From contig OZ286473.1 of the NCBI GenBank assembly GCA_965644265.1, positions 41,478,001 to 41,542,000 on the forward strand: a stretch of 64,000 nt of DNA. The letters are read 5' to 3'. A program made the translations under genes and the position numbers. Positions 62,444-64,000 of this stretch are shown here, piece after piece. The notes under the pieces were generated by a model. It was not told the DNA's origin and did no database searches. It worked only from the letters and a program-made list of their open reading frames with translations. This stretch comes from Glycera tridactyla. Taxonomy: Eukaryota. Every line of letters starts with the position of its first letter. The first letter of the stretch is position 1.

Positions 62444-64000
62444 CTATTTAAAAAAAGCAAACAACAAACAATGATCAAGAAACTTCATTTCAGAAAATAC
62501 CTGGCACACAGACATAAACAATGAATTTAGTTCTAGAAAACACATTTTGTGCACAGGTCTTTCTTTCACACCTGTTGTGGTTTTCACCTTCACTCTTCTG
62601 ATGAGACCATCATGGCTTGGTAAGACTCCAACTATTCTTCCCAGAGGCCACTTGCCATGAGGCATGTTTTCACCTGTGAGCAGAACAATGTCATTTAATT
62701 GCAGATTTCTCTGAGGCCTCAACCATTTCTGTCTGACTCGCAGACTTGCAAGGTATTCTGTAGTGAATCTCCTCCAGAATTCATCTGCAAAGAACTGACA
62801 TTGTTTCCACCATTTTCTGACATACAAATCATCTCTGTCTGTTTCACAATTTGGCAAAGGCAAATTTGGTTGAATATGGAGCAACATATGTGGCGTGAGT
62901 GTGTTAAGATCAGTGACACAATCAGTGACAGCTGTAAGAGGGCGATTATTCATTATTCGTTCAACAAGAGTCATCAAAGTACTGAGTACTTCATCTGTGA
63001 ATACCCGCTCTCTTGTTAGACCACGAAGTGACCTTCTGGCTGACCGTATCGATCGTTCATAATGACCCCCAAAATGGCTTTCTAGTGGAGGTGAAAAATG
63101 CCACTCAATGTTTCTCTTGGTACAAAAATCATGGACTCTGTCTTCATCAAAATCATCTAAATTCAACTTCAACTCTGATGCCCCTGCTTTCAAGTTTGTA
63201 CCATTATCACAATAGCATACTTCTGGCGTACCTCTTCTTGCCATGAAACAGGTGAATGCACTGATAAAACTAGATGTATCTAGTGAATGAGATATTTCAA
63301 AATGTACAGCTCTGGTTACATAACAAGAAAATATGACAATGTATCTTTTGTGCATGGTTCTACCTATCTTCACATCAAATGGGCCAAAATAATCAATCCC
63401 ACAAAATTGAAATGGTTTTGCCCCATCAACACGGTTTGCTGGAAGTGGCGCCATGAACTGACCAGCAGTCGGCCTGTTTTCCTCTATGCAATGTCTGCAC
63501 TTATAAATTGCTGATTTAACTGTGTTTCTACCATGTAAGATCCACCATTTTTGTCGCAACTCATTCAATGTCTGTGAAGCACTAGCATGACCTATCTCTT
63601 CATGAGTCTGGCGTATGATAACATCAGTGATATCCTGACCTTTTGGCAATATGACAGGATGTTTCTGATCATACACAATGGGTGCATTCTGCAATCTACC
63701 ACCAACACGACACACTCCATCAGAAATGAACGGAGACAATTTAGTCAGCTGTTTGGATGGTTGACCATCTTTACTAAAAATTTTGGACTCATCCTGCACA
63801 TGAACAACAATGATTCTTTCGGCTGAATTCAATTCAGCAACAGAAAGTTTTCCCGACTTCAGATCAACTGACTCATCTTTCAAATACTTTCTCTGGCAGT
63901 AGGCTTTGTACCTGAGTATCCATGCAACACCTCTCTTCATTCTGTACCAATCTGAATATTTGATAGTGAAATCAGTCAGAAAGCTTCCAGGTTTCAATTC
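62444..64000 (-). CDS. Bel/Pao LTR retrotransposon Pol, 3' part (end of RNase H region, integrase, C-terminal domain); runs off the window
   Basis: GVCRVGGRLQNA, HPVILP, H...H...CxxC, GIDYFGP, CDNGTN, GHYERSIR, NNRPL, WPLGRI...DGLIR, RPVHKMCFLE are characteristic Pao-family motifs. Confidence 0.93.
   Translation of the reverse strand, partial: ELKPGSFLTDFTIKYSDWYRMKRGVAWILRYKAYCQRKYLKDESVDLKSGKLSVAELNSAERIIVVHVQDESKIFSKDGQPSKQLTKLSPFISDGVCRVGGRLQNAPIVYDQKHPVILPKGQDITDVIIRQTHEEIGHASASQTLNELRQKWWILHGRNTVKSAIYKCRHCIEENRPTAGQFMAPLPANRVDGAKPFQFCGIDYFGPFDVKIGRTMHKRYIVIFSCYVTRAVHFEISHSLDTSSFISAFTCFMARRGTPEVCYCDNGTNLKAGASELKLNLDDFDEDRVHDFCTKRNIEWHFSPPLESHFGGHYERSIRSARRSLRGLTRERVFTDEVLSTLMTLVERIMNNRPLTAVTDCVTDLNTLTPHMLLHIQPNLPLPNCETDRDDLYVRKWWKQCQFFADEFWRRFTTEYLASLRVRQKWLRPQRNLQLNDIVLLTGENMPHGKWPLGRIVGVLPSHDGLIRRVKVKTTTGVKERPVHKMCFLELNSLFMSVCQVFSEMKFLDHCLLFAFFK

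Overview
Intron-rich, AT-rich animal genomic DNA (the repeat landscape suggests a marine invertebrate; the species cannot be identified from sequence alone), with six internal N-runs. Host genes: (1) a + strand exon at 6044-6370 encoding a ZAR1-type cysteine-rich zinc-binding C-terminus, whose upstream exons I could not find; (2) a complete 6-exon SDF2/SDF2L1-family gene (+, 22280-32402, 214 aa, signal peptide, MIR domains, C-terminal HDEF); (3) a complete 8-exon serine beta-lactamase-domain gene (lact-2/LACTBL-like; -, 60822-50046, 433 aa, SxxK motif), followed by two hollowed-out paralog copies that keep only exon 1 and a frameshifted last exon inside a ~6 kb tandem duplication. Mobile DNA: an intact single-ORF Ty3/Gypsy element (15507-20532) whose 3' LTR is folded back into a 112-bp perfect palindrome, the 3' part of a Bel/Pao pol ORF at the window end, a DINE-1/HINE-like element with a 145-bp array, a ~2.5 kb foldback-like element built from 22-bp units, many Tc1/mariner- and hAT-type MITEs, and several SINE-like retroposon families (three insertions have a TSD and an empty paralogous site). 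I found no CRISPR array, no rRNA and no intact tRNA. I also found no clear new multi-gene system; the most unusual structures are the Gypsy termini, the exon1+exon8 paralog shells and the foldback element.
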